From assembly GCA_951406725.2 (NCBI GenBank), contig OX597818.1, positions 65,906,001 through 65,970,000 of the forward strand: a stretch of 64,000 nucleotides of DNA, in the 5' to 3' direction. Of the stretch, positions 13,050-27,920 are shown one piece after another. The position numbers and the translations under genes are program-made. Numbering within the stretch: position 1 is the first letter of the stretch; every line of letters begins with the position of its first letter. The stretch comes from Octopus vulgaris. Its lineage: Eukaryota. A model generated the notes under the pieces. The model searched no databases and had not been told where the DNA came from. It worked only from the letters and a program-made list of their open reading frames with translations.

Positions 13050-13412
13050 GTGTGTGTGTGCCTGTGTGTGCGTGTGTGTGTGTGTGTGTGTGCATGCAAA
13101 GAGACGCACGAGCACAAAGATACACATACATAGATGAAATTATGCAATAGTCAGCATAGAAAATTACATGCAGTTGTGTATATGTCAAATCATTGATGCA
13201 AAAATATAAAATTGATAAAATATAAAATGTCGTAAATAACTAGAACAAAAATAAAAACAGCAAATAGTGTGTTTCTTTGAACTTTTTGCTTTCCTTCCTG
13301 AATAGATAAGGTCGTCTTTTATACGATCGTGGTAAGCAGCATCATTTCCTTTCAGATGTAACAATACAAGATACGCAGATATCGTGATATACACACATAA
13401 ATATATACATAC

Positions 13413-13443
<31 letters not shown>

Positions 13444-14239
13444 CATACATACATACATACATACACACATAAATATATACATACAATATGTGTTCATATT
13501 CAGCTGACTCAACTAATATTGCTAAATACATTAATGCATGAAATATCACAATATGAGCTAATTACAATGAATTATATACGTTTTGAGGGTCTTATGTCTG
13601 TCTATACACTTCGCCGTCATATTTGTATCATTTTGTTTTGTGACCACAACAGAGCCACATCTATGTAACATTTCTTTCTTGTTTCAATATACAGCAATGT
13701 GTGCGTGGGGGGCGTATACTTATATTATTATACAAAGCTCTGGCTATCGTCTCTTCAATGGCAATTTTTATGTGATTGGAGGAGGATCGATTCTAGTACC
13801 GCTGCCCTCGTTTCAGTTTCTTTCCATGGTGTACGTACACCTAAGAACATGGACAACAAGAGTTGCACGTTCAAAATGCCTACAACATACTCCATGTAAA
13901 TTTCTCAAATAGTTGCCAAGGTGTGTGTGTGTGTGTGTGAGTGTATATATATGTATATATATACAGTCAACAATAGATAAAAACATGTATATATATATAT
14001 ATATACAGTCACACATACATACAAACATGTATATATATATGTGTTCTCAGGTGATCTTATATAGATGTGATTTTTCGTTATTTTTCCCTTATACCTGTGT
14101 GAGTTATTTCTGAGTATGCATTGTCTGGGAGATTTTCCTTACAGTAGAAGAAATAGCTAAGTTTTTGGCTGCTGTTTCTAAAAAGATCGGTGTGTGGTAA
14201 AGTAAATTATTTTACTGAACCCTATTTTTATAAATTAAT

Positions 14240-14445
<206 letters not shown>

Positions 14446-15124
14446 CATGCAGCTCTATCCCAGATTAAATCATGAGTTACACTGAGACAAATTATGATGC
14501 AAACATGTGACCAAGCAAGTTCACCATTTAAAATGAAGCAGAAACTGTCACGTGCGCGTTAAACCAACTTGCTTACATATATACATGTAGATATATGTCT
14601 TCCAAAAATAACATAAGGCAAAATACGTGTAAGTTGTACGTTTTCTTGAGACTAGTGTTGTTTCTCTACATTTGAGAACACTTATATATAAAACCTATGT
14701 ACTTATATACAACTATGAGCATAATACCATATCTTTAAACAATTTAAAGCAAAAACTAGTACAAGAATTGTGCTGTAAGTATGTCTCTATCAGTATATAA
14801 CATTCATATATATATAGATATATCTATGTTACATTTAATTTTCATTCTGAATACATCTAGTGGTTACAATGAAAGAAATAAAGCTATACAATGCCGTTCA
14901 GAACAAATTTTACATAGAAGTGCTCTGATGGATATATCTTGCTGGCAACCTAGTTACACATTTGTTTTTTTGACATTCACTTCTCTGTGTAGCGTATACT
15001 ACGCGTATGGCTCATATAGCATTAGCGCTTCGACAACCTACTCTATCATATTTATTAATCTACTTTTCTCCACCTCTCTCACTGTGTACATAAATATGTA
15101 CATGTAAAATGATAATGCTAAGTG

Positions 15125-15148
15125 TATACACATACATATAGATATAGA

Positions 15149-15196
<48 letters not shown>

Positions 15197-15655
15197 CACA
15201 CATATATATATGTACACACATATATATATATATATATTAAATGGAAATAATCGTCATTGTTTATATATATATATATGTATACGTATATATATATGTATGC
15301 ATATATATACATATATATACATACGTATATATATATATATATATGTATGTATATGTATGCATAGAAAAAGAAAAAAAGAGAGAAATAAATTGAGAGGGAG
15401 GTAATCGGAGCGTAAGATTAAGTTTTTTAAGAGATACACACACAGAGACACACACACATTCACACACACGCACACACATACACACACACTCATACACGCA
15501 CACACACACACACATATATATATATATAAGTTGATATATATACATATACATGTATATATGTATATATATGTACATACGTACACACATATATATGCCTTTA
15601 ATGCATGTTTATATATATATATACATTTTATCAACACAACCCCACCATTTATTGA

Positions 15656-15691
<36 letters not shown>

Positions 15692-15710
15692 TATGTATAT
15701 ATATATGTGT

Positions 15711-15766
<56 letters not shown>

Positions 15767-15780
15767 ATATATATATAGTT
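15125..15780. repeat. Compound (TA)n/(CA)n microsatellites
   Basis: Seen directly. Confidence 0.9.
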
Positions 15781-16537
15781 GTGTGTTTTTCTCATATAAC
15801 GGCGTATACATGCTCATATATTTTCATGTGTTAAAGCGTATCGAATGTCACAATTTGAAATGCGTAAGCATATTTTTATTACGTATAATATATAAACACA
15901 CACTAATACACACATGCCTATATCACACCAAAGGCACACAATACAAAAACCGCCTCACACATACCAACACACACCCACACAGAGTCACACACTCACACAA
16001 ACATGAGAACAGAATTTCTGTTGAAATATTTTCTGTTGTATTTCTGCTTCATTTGCTTTCAAGTTTAATGCAGTATGTGTAAGTGTGTTTTTAGTTCTGA
16101 CAGGTTGCTTTTCAGTGGAAAACACTCACTGGCACACCTACAAATGAGATCTGGCTTTGCTTCTTGAAACAACCCATCCTTAACTGGTTGGCAGTTGGTC
16201 TTAATGTCCTTCCTTTCTGTTTGATGGCAAAGTTAATGCCATGTGTGTCATAGTGGTAAATTCACCGGAAGCTAATCTGATAAACTTGTTTCTGCCAAGG
16301 AATTGTGAAGAAAACTTTTATTAATTTATTCATAAATTCAATTGAGAATCGAACGTGTCAATAAAGGAAGTCGTGAAATCTTTCAAACAATGGCGATTAT
16401 TTCCATGCAGTTAATAATAGTCGGAGTAGGTTTCAAGAAAGTAATAAACGAACATTTTATCATCATCCTCATCATCCTCATCATCCTCATCCCCCTCCTC
16501 CTCCTCCTCCTCCTCTTCATTATTATTGTTATTTATA

Positions 16538-16689
16538 GGCTTAGGAGTGGCTGTGTGGTAAGTAGCTTCCTAACGAACCACATGGTTCCGGGTTCAGTGG
16601 CACCTTGGGCAAGTGTCTTCTACTATAGCTTCGAGTCGACGAAAGCCTTGTGAGTGGATTTGGTAGACGGAAACTGAAAGAAACCCGTC

Positions 16690-16735
<46 letters not shown>

Positions 16736-16907
16736 GTGTGTGTGTGTGTGTTTACCTCCCCGTCACTTAGCGGTTCGGCAAAAGAGACCGATAGAACAAA
16801 TACTAGAATTTACAAAGAACAAGTCTTGGGTTCGATTTGCTCGACTAAAGGCGGTGCTCCGGCATGGCCACAGTCAGATGACTGAAACAAGTAAAAGAAT
16901 AAAAGAG
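16538..16907 (+). mobile_element. SINE family B
   Basis: GGAGTGGCTGTGTGGTAAG head, CACCTTGGGCAAGTGTCTTC CORE-like segment, internal (TA)n(TG)n, 3' ..ATGACTGAAACAAGTAAAAGA tail. Confidence 0.88.
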
Positions 16908-16926
16908 TTATTATTATTATTCCTTA

Positions 16927-17265
16927 AAGCGTTGAGCTGGCAGACTCGTTAGCACGCCGAGCAAAATGCTGAGAGGTATTTCGTCTGTCGTTACCGTCAG
17001 AGTTCAAATTCCGCCGAGGTCGATTCTGCCTTTCATCCATTGATGACCGATTAAACAAATACCAGTTACACACTGGCGTCGATATAATCGGCTTAAAGCC
17101 CACCCCAAAGATGGCATTGTGGCAAAAGTTTTAAATTATTATTTTCTGCCGAGGTCGACATTGCCTTTCATCATTTCGGGGTCGATATATCAAGTACCAG
17201 TTGAGTACAGGGTTCGATGCAATCGACGTTACCCCCGCCCATAAAATTTGTGGCCTTAGCCTATA
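16927..17265 (+). mobile_element. Two degenerate SINE family A copies
   Basis: Head and core at 16927-17130; core and tail at 17146-17265. Confidence 0.75.
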
Positions 17266-17269
17266 GTAG

Positions 17270-17288
17270 AAATTATTATTATTTTTAA

Positions 17289-17345
<57 letters not shown>

Positions 17346-17356
17346 CATTGTTGTTG

Positions 17357-17411
<55 letters not shown>

Positions 17412-17450
17412 CATCATTATTGTTATTATTGTTGTTGTTGTTGTTGTTCT
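17270..17450. repeat. (ATT)n/(GTT)n microsatellite
   Basis: Seen directly. Confidence 0.95.
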
Positions 17451-18500
17451 TATTGAGAGAAAGAGTGCAATACATGCCATCAACGTGACACTGGGATAAA
17501 GTATACGAAGCCCAGTAAACCATTCTTGACTACCCATAGGAAAAGGGTACACCAGGTACATGCATCACAAACATACGTTCGGGACTAAGTCACCTCATAG
17601 CAAGGGAAACATCACATGACCTTGTAGGTGGGGCATGGCTAGGACTTTCTTCATATCGAGTAGCTCATACCAGTCAAAATAACTCTGAATAAATGTTCTT
17701 TAAATATGTTGAACAAAACATCTATGTTTCCAAATGAGAATTAGCCAAACCCCAAAGAATTATTTTCAACATAGAGCTATGATGCTCCCCCAATACGTCT
17801 GCTCATGATCAGAGATGCACAAGAAGGGACATGCTCAACTGCTTAAGGTCAAACAACTGACAAGCAAATCTGTGATATTGAGCAGAATATTTGTTGTACG
17901 AAACGTTTTTATACTAAGACAGAAGAATGTAGATAGTAACACTTCTAATGGGTTAAAATCATAATATTATTATTATTATTGAATGAGAGAGCAAAGCATG
18001 CAATCAAAGTGACACTGAGGTGAAATATACGAAGCTCAGTAAATACATCATGCCTACCCGTCTCATAAGAGTAGACCAGGCATATGAATCATAACGATAT
18101 GCGCGAAACATGCTGATCTAATATCAAGATAAGCAGCGCATAACATTGCAGGCGGGGCCTAGCTAGCATTTTTTCTTCGTGTTGAGTAGCCAATTCCGCA
18201 CAAAATGTCCTTGAATAAGGGTTGTTCAAAAACGTTCAACGAAACACCCATGTTTCCGCAGGTGAATTATTCGAATCCCCAAGAATACTTCTCAATACAC
18301 GGCTATGATGTTCCACCACTACTTCTGCTCCTGATCAAAGATGCACATATTGTCAGCCACTACGGACATGCTGAACTGTATAAAGTTAAAGAATCTGAGG
18401 TTTTGAGCAGAATATTTACTGTAGGCCTTCTATTATACCAAGCCAATGTATATAACACTTCAAATCATTCAATATCAAAATCGATGTGCACCACTGCCTG
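17451..18500 (-). mobile_element. Two tandem diverged ~510-bp copies of a retroposon 3' end with (AAT)n tails
   Basis: 17451-17965 aligns by eye with 17981-18500 (GTGACACTG..TATACGAAGC..CAGTAAA; GCTATGATG.TCC; GAGCAGAATATTT). Each abuts (ATT)n on its left. Confidence 0.6.
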
Positions 18501-18859
18501 ATGTTTGTTGTTGTTGTTGTTGTTGTTGTAGTTGTTATTATTATTCGGTATACATAACACAAACAACAGGAATTTTAAATCACCCTCTGCATATTTTACT
18601 AAATATGAACACGCCACTCAGAAGGAATGGTTATATGGAAATGTCTGAGATAAAATATTCTTTCATAGACATGATGTTTCAAACAAACAAAGAGAGAGAG
18701 AGAGGGAGAGAGAGAGAGAGAGAGAAAGAAAGAAAAAGAAAGGAAGAGAGAGAGAATCAATGCATATAAAGAGTCAATGCAAATGATGGAGTAAATTTAA
18801 CGGACAACAAGAGAATATGCACAAGAAATGTAATTGCTTGACGCTCGGTGAACAGAGTT

Positions 18860-18892
18860 CGTCGACGTTTCGAGCAGAGCACTTCGTTGGAA
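18860..18892 (-). ncRNA. Degenerate hammerhead-like motif
   Basis: Minus strand CCAACGA-A-GTGC-tct-GCTC-GAAA-C-GTC. Two core mismatches to CUGANGA and a poor stem I. Confidence 0.3.
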
Positions 18893-19312
18893 GGGAGAAA
18901 GGGATAAATCCAAAGTGAAAGAATTCTTCAACAGCAAGTGATTACACCCCCCCACACACACACACACACAGAGTTGTTTTGTTACCAAATAATTGGGCTG
19001 TGTGACCAAATGTTGAATTAAAGCAAAAAAAAAAAACTTGAGGCGATACCTGTCTCCAAATTCTTTATAATTGTTTGGAATCTACACTCTTGATATTCTT
19101 CATACCCAGGAGAAGTGAACCCAGAGTTACTCATCCGAAGAATTACAAAGGGAGTCCTATGACTCAGTAATCAATGAAGCTTGGTACTACTTGATGCGAT
19201 TAGTCGTAACTTGGAATATACCAGAGAGTTACCACGATACCTGTCTGGATAATGTTATCCTTATATCTTTCTCTGTCTGTCTGTCTCTCACACACACACA
19301 CACTCTCTCTCT

Positions 19313-19362
<50 letters not shown>

Positions 19363-20751
19363 GCACACACATGGATGTATATATGTATGTATGTGTATGC
19401 ATGAATGTATATACGTAGGTATATAGCATGTAGTCGTCTAAAGTATTATTATTGTTTTTCTTTTTACCTCAAACATGGACAGAAACGATGTTGGGAATAC
19501 CATGCATTCATGAAATATCGGGGAAAAAGTTTTATTTAATCTCCCTTCTTTTCTGTTAACCCGATAAAGCCTGATATTGATTTCCATTTGACACATTGTC
19601 TCTGATATTTCGGCTATGTATTATAGCATTACTTTTCGTGTTCAGCTTAATTAACATTCAGTAAGCTATTACAAAATGCATTCAGTCTCTGGATATAAGA
19701 TATGATATTATCACCTACAAAAGCCTCCATCCCTACATAATTATTTCATTCTTTGTAGTCATCACAGCCCTCTGTCTTTAAAATATAATGTGTTTCAGGT
19801 TTATACTCTTGCTATCCTTACAGCCTTTTACATATCTCACTATATTTTTCCAGTGTAATAATTCGAAAGCTGCTGTCTTGTAGTGGAAGAAAAGTGCAGT
19901 ACTTTATCGATACGGGAAATTTAGCTACAATTCAATGATTTCATTATGTTTCTTAGCTTCTATTTGACAGAAAGCCTTGCTTGGTTTCTTAAATCATGTT
20001 TGTGTTTTGATGGGCCACACTTATGTCGTTATGTTTGGAATTCTCCTGTTTGTGTACGATTCTAATCAAACGTTCAATTTTATCGCGATGTATATTTTCA
20101 TTTTCTCTCTTTCTCCAATGAAAATGGCATTTTATATAATGCGTCTTTGAATGTGAGAATGTTTATTATTCAAGAATTGGTAGAATATTTTAGTATTTCT
20201 TTCAAATACATTAATTCTGCAGTAAAAAAATGTACCCATACTTTAGAATCCATATTATCCCTATTGTCCGTGTCAGAATCGGATATTTTAAATACTTTCT
20301 CTAGCATCGTGTTTTCTATTTAATATTACATTTTCCTAATATTCGTCTGCATATGACAGTCTTGCATTTATATTTCGCAGAATAATTACCTCTATGCCAT
20401 ATGAACTTTGTTTCAGATTTCATTTATCAGTTTGGTTCTGCCTCAACGAAAATTGTATGGTTTAGCCAGTACTCTGTATATGTTGAGGTGTCTTTGAATC
20501 GCTTGGGGAGAGATTAAAAGATACCATGAAATCGTATCTCATGCAGAATTCAATGTATTTAGATATTGATTTATGTTCACACTTGTGACCTTGTCCAACT
20601 TCATGCAACATAGTAAAGATATCAAACGCAGAAATACATGTTTCATATTTTTGTTGCATAATTTCAGATTTCACTTCAATACAGATTTATTCTCAACTTT
20701 AAATGTTCCACGACCAACACTCTGGGATTTTCTTCAATGTCTTACCTTCAG

Positions 20752-20983
20752 ATTTCTTTATTTCCCACAAGGGGCTAAACATGGAGGGGACAAACAAGGA
20801 CAGACAAAGGGATTAAGTCGATTACATCAACCCCAATACGTAACTGGTACTTAATTTATCGACCCTGAAAGGATGAAAGGCAAAGTCGACCTCGGCGGAA
20901 TCTGAACTCAGAACGTAGCGACAGACGAAATACTGCCAAGCATTTCGCCCGGCGTGCTAACGTTTCTGCCAGCTCGCCGCCTT
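20752..20983 (-). mobile_element. SINE family A monomer
   Basis: Near-consensus reverse copy. Confidence 0.9.
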
Positions 20984-21394
20984 TTACGCGCCTAAATATA
21001 TCAGCCAGGATAAACTTTCATTGAACTTAAATCACAACAATTTCTTCTATTATTTTTTAATGCAGTATCATATATATGCAACCAAAATTAATTTTGGGGG
21101 ATGAACAGGAAAAGACTAAATTAAAAAAAATATATATTTGCGAATAAGGGAAGTTTCACGTCTTCATTTCTAAATGCACAAGTATTTTTGTTATTGAGCA
21201 AATAAAACAGATATTAGGTAGCACCACTGTGTAGTATTGAGTACATCCCCGTGTTACCCCTTTCCTTGATATGGTTGTAAGTGACTTTCAGCGTCATAAA
21301 CAGTGAAACATTTGTTTCAAACTCCCGTGAAAACATTATTGTTCATGGGTTAACATGTATTTACTTGCAAATACTTGAAGAGAGAGAGAGAGAG

Positions 21395-22222
21395 TAAACC
21401 GATTACATCCACCCTACTACTAAACTGGTAGCCTATTCATGGTTCCCGCAAAGACGAAAGGCAAAGTCAACCTCAGCCGAATTTGATCTCAGAACGTAAG
21501 TATAAACGATTGTTTTCGAAATGTCATTTACAAATATTGGTACAATGCCAGCATACTTGGCGGGAGGGAGTTAGGCTTGTACAATACACAAAACGAGACA
21601 GAATACAGGTAAGCATTTTGTACGACATGTTAATATTTCTTTTCGAAATATTGGTTTTAAATTTTGGCGCAACGCCAGTAAGTTCGAGGGATGGTGTAAT
21701 TCATTTACTTCGATTCCATTGTTCGGCTGGTATTGAGTTTACCTATGTTCACCTCGGCGGATTTGAAAATATATCCGCGAAAACCCGACGCAATAATGCC
21801 TGAGTTTTGCCTGGATTGCTACCGATTGTAGCCGCTCACAGCGTTCTTTTAGAAATGCCAGTTTGAAATGTTGGCACGAGACCAACAAGTTGCGGGGAGG
21901 CTATAAATCCATTCCTTCAATAACATCGCTCTACTGGTATTCATCTTATCAAATATGGAAGGATAAAAAGCAAAGTCGATCTCTGGAGAATTTGAAACCT
22001 GAACTTCAAAACAAACGATTTTTTTTCGAAATGTTAAAACGTTTTAAAACTTAGCGGCATGTTTTCTCTTTCTACGTTCTGAGTTCAAATTCTGCCGAGT
22101 ACAACATTGCGTTTCATTCTTTTGGAATCTATAAAATACGCATCAGTTGAACACTGGACTCGAAATAATTGACTTTTCCCATCCATGGAAACTGCTGGCC
22201 TTGTGCAAAATTTGAAACCAAT
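21395..22222. mobile_element. Array of old SINE-A-related copies (mostly minus, last one plus)
   Basis: Repeated degenerate AAAGGCAAAGTC..CTCGGCGGATTTGA and TTTTCGAAAT.TTGG; plus-strand copy at 22070-22222. Confidence 0.6.
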
Positions 22223-22349
22223 ATGGTATTTATGAATGACAGATATTACTCTATTAAAATAAGCGGTATTGTAGCTAGCCTAAGTTTTCGTAGTATAAAA
22301 TATTTTAATGCTATTTAGATATTTTCGTTAATGAGCATCTTGACTTTAA

Positions 22350-25150
22350 AATGGTTTATTCCTTGGGTAATTCCATTCTCTTATGACATTCAGTATACAG
22401 TTTTGAGAATAATTATCCTGATTACTTCTTAATATGTTGAAAACACCATTTTGTTTGGATAAAGTTTGGCGAGAATTAGTCCAGTCCTTGGCAAACGTAA
22501 TAAAGCCACTTGGAAAAATATTTTGGTTCATATTAAGGTCATTATTTCGACACCAGAGCCTACTTAATTACAAAGTTATTATTTTCAAGGATATACCCGG
22601 ATGTAAGTGTTTTATATGCAGTTTGTTCTAGACATCCATCTAGGAACAGTTTGAATGTGATGAGATTTGTGTCGTCTCATGTTTCTCCGTTAGAGAGAAC
22701 AGTGTCAATTCTGGTGAAAGAGTCCTGAGTTGTGACGTGATGTGAGCACGACCTGCGAAGAGTTCGGATGGCACCGGACCAAGCCTTTTGTACATTTAAA
22801 ATTTGATGCCAATATCATTTTTGAGCAAAGCTGATGGAATATTTTCCCTATCGTACAAATGATTTAGAGGTTGTGCTGTGCTGGAGGCAATAATGTTTGA
22901 GTTTCTTGAGTCGATATCATTAATCAGAAACTCTCATGTCATCGATTTGTCATCTTATACAAATATAGGGTGCTTAAACTTTTCTAATATCTTGTATTTT
23001 GTGGAGACTACTGTGGAGGGCAGTATTAAATGTGAAGAGAGGCGACAATAGAGAAGAGAACGTTAATAGGAGGAGCGTTTACAGACCTGAATATCCCAGA
23101 GTCTAAGTGCACGCCCTGCGAGCCACATCGAATTGTTTATGTTTACAAACCAACCTACGTTATTGTCAACAATTAATCTGAGGTCCTTAGCAGTCTTTGA
23201 TGCCAGAAAGATTTCACTTGAGGGAAGAGTGTATTAGTTTAAATTTGTTCTCATTTAACTATGTACTGTATTCTTTCGCCATTTCCATAGCAGCGAGCAG
23301 ATCCGTTTTGACATGGGTCCTACCCTATCAACGAAGTTCAAACCTTTTGAGTTTTTCGCGAACGTTTCAATGCTGTTGCATTTGAGTATGCGAATGATAT
23401 GACTGATAAAAATGGTCACTAAGAACATGAGTAGGCCCAATTCAGTGTCGTGTGGGACACAACTGATAACTGTTTTCTGGCTTCAACAGCATCGATCACA
23501 ACATGCTGGATTCCCTTTACCAGATAACATCCAATACACTTTGATACTTTCCTTTAGTCCACATTGGTCGATAGTTTCTCTAAGAGAATGCAGTGATCAA
23601 CCTAGGTGACGGCCTTCCTGATGTCAAGATAGGTAGCATCTACATTGGAACGCTCTCTCAGAGCTTTAGGACATTTTCATAGTGATGCAAGGGCGGTGTG
23701 AAGCAGTTCCTGTCGTTACGGTAACCTTGTTGGTTGGGAATGAGTTGGTTGTTACTTTCCAGGATGTGAGATACCCCGAGACACCACTACACTCTCAAAA
23801 TAATTTTATAATATGACAAGTGAGGTAACTTGATAGTTCACTGCTTGTGATTTGTTGCACCATTGGTAAATTAGGACAATCGGTTATGAAAACAAATTTT
23901 CAGGAATATACCTGACATCCAGTGATTTCCTTCAGAGAATAGGTAAAGGAATTACTAGTTGGTGACGGCACTCCTTCAAGATTCTAGCGGTAAACTTGTC
24001 AGATTTTGCAGCTGAGTTATCTGTAATTTGTTTAATAGTTGCTGCGATATCCGAGACGTCAAATAATATTTCGTATAGGTTTGCTGTATATTTGTTGAAT
24101 GAATGCTCTCATAGTTTGTCAGGGGGTTTGTTGAAAGTGGATCAATATTGTTTCTGCAGAATCTCAACCATATCTTCTGCACCGCTATGCTGATTGTCAT
24201 CGTCATGTATCAGGTTTGCCACAGAGGAAACGGCGACATTATTCTTTTTTCGTGAATGACAAAGACACTTTGGCCTTGAGCTGTATTTTCTCAATGGCCA
24301 GCTACATTTCTACTTTTCTTTCATTATCGTAGACAGTTTTCAAGCTGTTCTGAGAATAATGTTTCTTTGCTTCCAGTTAGTCTATATCTGTCGAGTTGTT
24401 TTTGTGTAGCTGGCTGTATTTCAGTAGGTCGATTTTTCGATTAATCAATTTTATTTTTGTTTTACGTTACATGGGAGTCCTAGATTTGTTATGCTTATGG
24501 ACCGTAGTGGAGTGTTTTGGGAACATATATCGGTATCAATGTCTACAAATAGATTCCAGGATGCATTGATGCTGTTTGAGTGAGAGGATGTGTGCAAGAT
24601 CAAACAACGAGTTCAAGTTCGGAGATGAATCCATTACCGTTATCATTGTGATGATCCATAAGGTCAAAATAATGTGCTGGAGTGAGATAATTCGGTATTA
24701 TATTTGACTGTTGAAAATCTCAAGATATACAAAACACATCTTGGTCCGCAAAAAACAAAAACTTTTCCTCGTTAATATTGTTGATGGTGTTAGTGTTGGT
24801 TCAGTTGCTTATATGTAAGTCAGATGTGTTTTGTTGAGAACGAGTTGGCATTGTAAACATTCGTCCATGAATTCTCATCGTGATTCTATTCTTGCTGTTC
24901 CTAGAGTTACAATGCACGCACCTGAATTCTACAAATGAGTTGACCAGACAACGTAGGGAAAATTGAAGACATTATGAAAATATCAGTTTGGTGCAGTTCT
25001 ATGAGACATTCTTGAAACACAGCAGCATGTCACGGGGTCGACTGTAGGGCCTAATCATTTGGAAATCATTAGTTTTGATATACGCAGATGCTAATTGACA
25101 ATAGCGATTGGTGAACGGGATATTTTTATTAGTGGTGCAAGAAAATGGAG
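22350..25150 (-). pseudogene. Heavily decayed CR1/L2-type LINE ORF2 (APE + RT)
   Basis: Minus strand DATYLDIRKA (cf. D.IYLDF.KAFD), VISCVPHDTELGLLMFL (cf. SGVPQGSVLGPLLFL), TFAKNSK (cf. FADDTK). Many stops and frameshifts; ends approximate. Confidence 0.6.
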
Positions 25151-26636
25151 ACTTCCCTTATTTTACCGGCGAGATCCTCTCCAATGGCGATAAATTTACT
25201 TACTTTCATTGCAGTAAAGAAATAAAAAATGTCAAATTAGATATCAGGAATTCAACATACCCTGACCTATTATTTACATTTTCTCTTTGATTGGTTTTGT
25301 TGTATCGTATATCACACCGTATATTACAACAAGGTACTGTATTATATTTATAAAAGATACGTTGGTGCGAAATAAAAATTCACCTGGATACATCATAATC
25401 TCTATAACATTCTTCTCCGCAATACGAAAAATACACAATGCAGTATTACGAGATGTTAAACTTGTTTTCGGCTTTAGTATAACCTTAATGAAAAATTACG
25501 TGTTAAGTCACTAACTAGTGCGCTGTATTAATATAAAATGCAGTTTCATAGCTTACAATGGCATTAATCCGAATGTTTTAGTACGTTTCTATATGATTAA
25601 TATTTATCCGTTACGCCCTACTACTTCAAGACTAATTGAAAACTTGGTACATTCAGCAAAAAAAATATCAAAATATACATTATATGTTCGCTCATCTTCA
25701 TTCCATTCGCATCATTGCACTCTATTTTATTTTAAATCCTGTAAAAATGTACAAGAAAATCGTATTTAACTATATTTGAGAATTAAAATGCTATTTTACA
25801 TGTTTCCCAATTCATATTAACAGCAAAATTGTTATATAAAAGAAAAGAACAGTGAAAGTTGCAAGGAGAATTTTGAGCTTGAATATTCTGCGAGTTGCGA
25901 AGAATATTTCAAATGCTCGAATACTTGTCTGTATTTCTAAAAAAGAAAAAGTCTTCTTCAACCCATTCTTAATCAAGATCGGATATAATTAAATACCGAT
26001 AAGTATTCAGTTTGACAGACTGTCATCATTGCAATGGTGTATGTTTGTCAAGGTTAAATAAACAAAGAGAACTGCTCGTTGATATATGGTTTTCGTTAGG
26101 AAATTCGACGGCGTTGTCTTTATGTATTAACGTCAGCATGAGATAAATATTGAATAACCATCGAGGGTAGAAATGCAATATGTATAATAAAACAAGATAT
26201 CAGATGATGACTCTAACGCTGTGAATGACTAATGCCATACGAAAGAGACAACTGTAAATATATGTCTACATCTAAGTAGACAGGTTGTCATCTAAGTAGA
26301 TATAAAATTGTTATATAAATAAATTGGTTGAAAAATCAATGGTTAGTGTGGTATGAGTAATTGATTCTTACTTGGTGCGGTCTCACAGACACAAACTCGT
26401 GCACATATACACATATGCGTCTACACATTGATAGATGAATATATATGCATACATACTTGCAGACAAATTCATAAAAGAGAAACACGAATTACGCAAATAA
26501 TGTCATAGATACATATGTTTATGGAAAAGGCAATAAGCTTGAAACGAGTCACTGAGGATATTGATACAGACATCAGGATATATGCAAATGTGTATCTATA
26601 TATAAATATACCAACATTCATATATGTATACATACA

Positions 26637-26683
<47 letters not shown>

Positions 26684-26874
26684 AAAAATACATATATACA
26701 CACATATATGCATATGTACAAGATATACGTATATACGTACAAACATTGATTATTCTTTCTCTCTGCTATAGATACAGACAGTAAGTTCGACCAGATTTGC
26801 GTGGTCAACATGGATCATGTGATTTGTCTGATCTCTCGGTTCGACCGCAATTGACAAATGAGTGAGAGATATTA

Positions 26875-26928
<54 letters not shown>

Positions 26929-27508
26929 TCTGTGTGTGTGTGAGTATGTGTGTGTGAGTGTGAGTGTGTGCATGCATATGTATATGTGTATGTATAATTA
27001 TATATACCTATATATAGCCGTCTATCTATTAATCAATCTATATATATAAATATATTTCTACAAACACATGCACACACAAACGCACACACACTCACGCACA
27101 CGCACACATACGCGCAGATGTAGATAGATAGAGAGAGAGTGATTGAGAGAGCGAGAGATCGTTATATAGGTAGGTATATACATATCCGTACACATATATA
27201 CACATACTTACACACACGGATACGTATTGATATAGTATTTTGCGTGTCTCCTTTTCTAAGTCTAAGGCATTCTTCCATGCAAAAATTATATCGTAACCAT
27301 TAGACCCTGACCTGTTTAGAAATGTTCCGCTAAAACGTTTTGTGTCTAAAATTTGTGTAAAAAATTGCATTAATTTCTTGATACTTGTGAATAGCTTTAC
27401 GTTTTGCTAAGACGACAGATTTAAAATTCCACATCCATATTTAATTTTGGGGAACGAAAGAAGGAGAACATTTGGCAATATATATAATAATTACGTGTGT
27501 ATGTGTGC

Positions 27509-27584
<76 letters not shown>

Positions 27585-27670
27585 GATAAAAATACATATA
27601 TATACACTCATATATGAATATATAGAAGAGTACATATATACGTACAAACATTGATTATTCTGAATGCCTG

Positions 27671-27709
<39 letters not shown>

Positions 27710-27920
27710 TGTAAATAGTTAATCCGAGAAACAGAGAAAAGGGGCAACAAGTAAAAAAAAATAGGCGAGGACGTGGTAATGCAAAGTATTAATAAGTATG
27801 CTGCTCAGGAAAGGAAAAAGAGGGAGGGAAAATAATCGCTGAAAATCCACATGTTCTTACATTTTCGAATATGTATGAATTACTATAAACTGGTACATCG
27901 ACTCCGTCGATTAAACAATT

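Noticed and set aside
19700-20750. Possible ancient LINE on the minus strand
   Set aside because: Too decayed to identify reliable motifs by eye.
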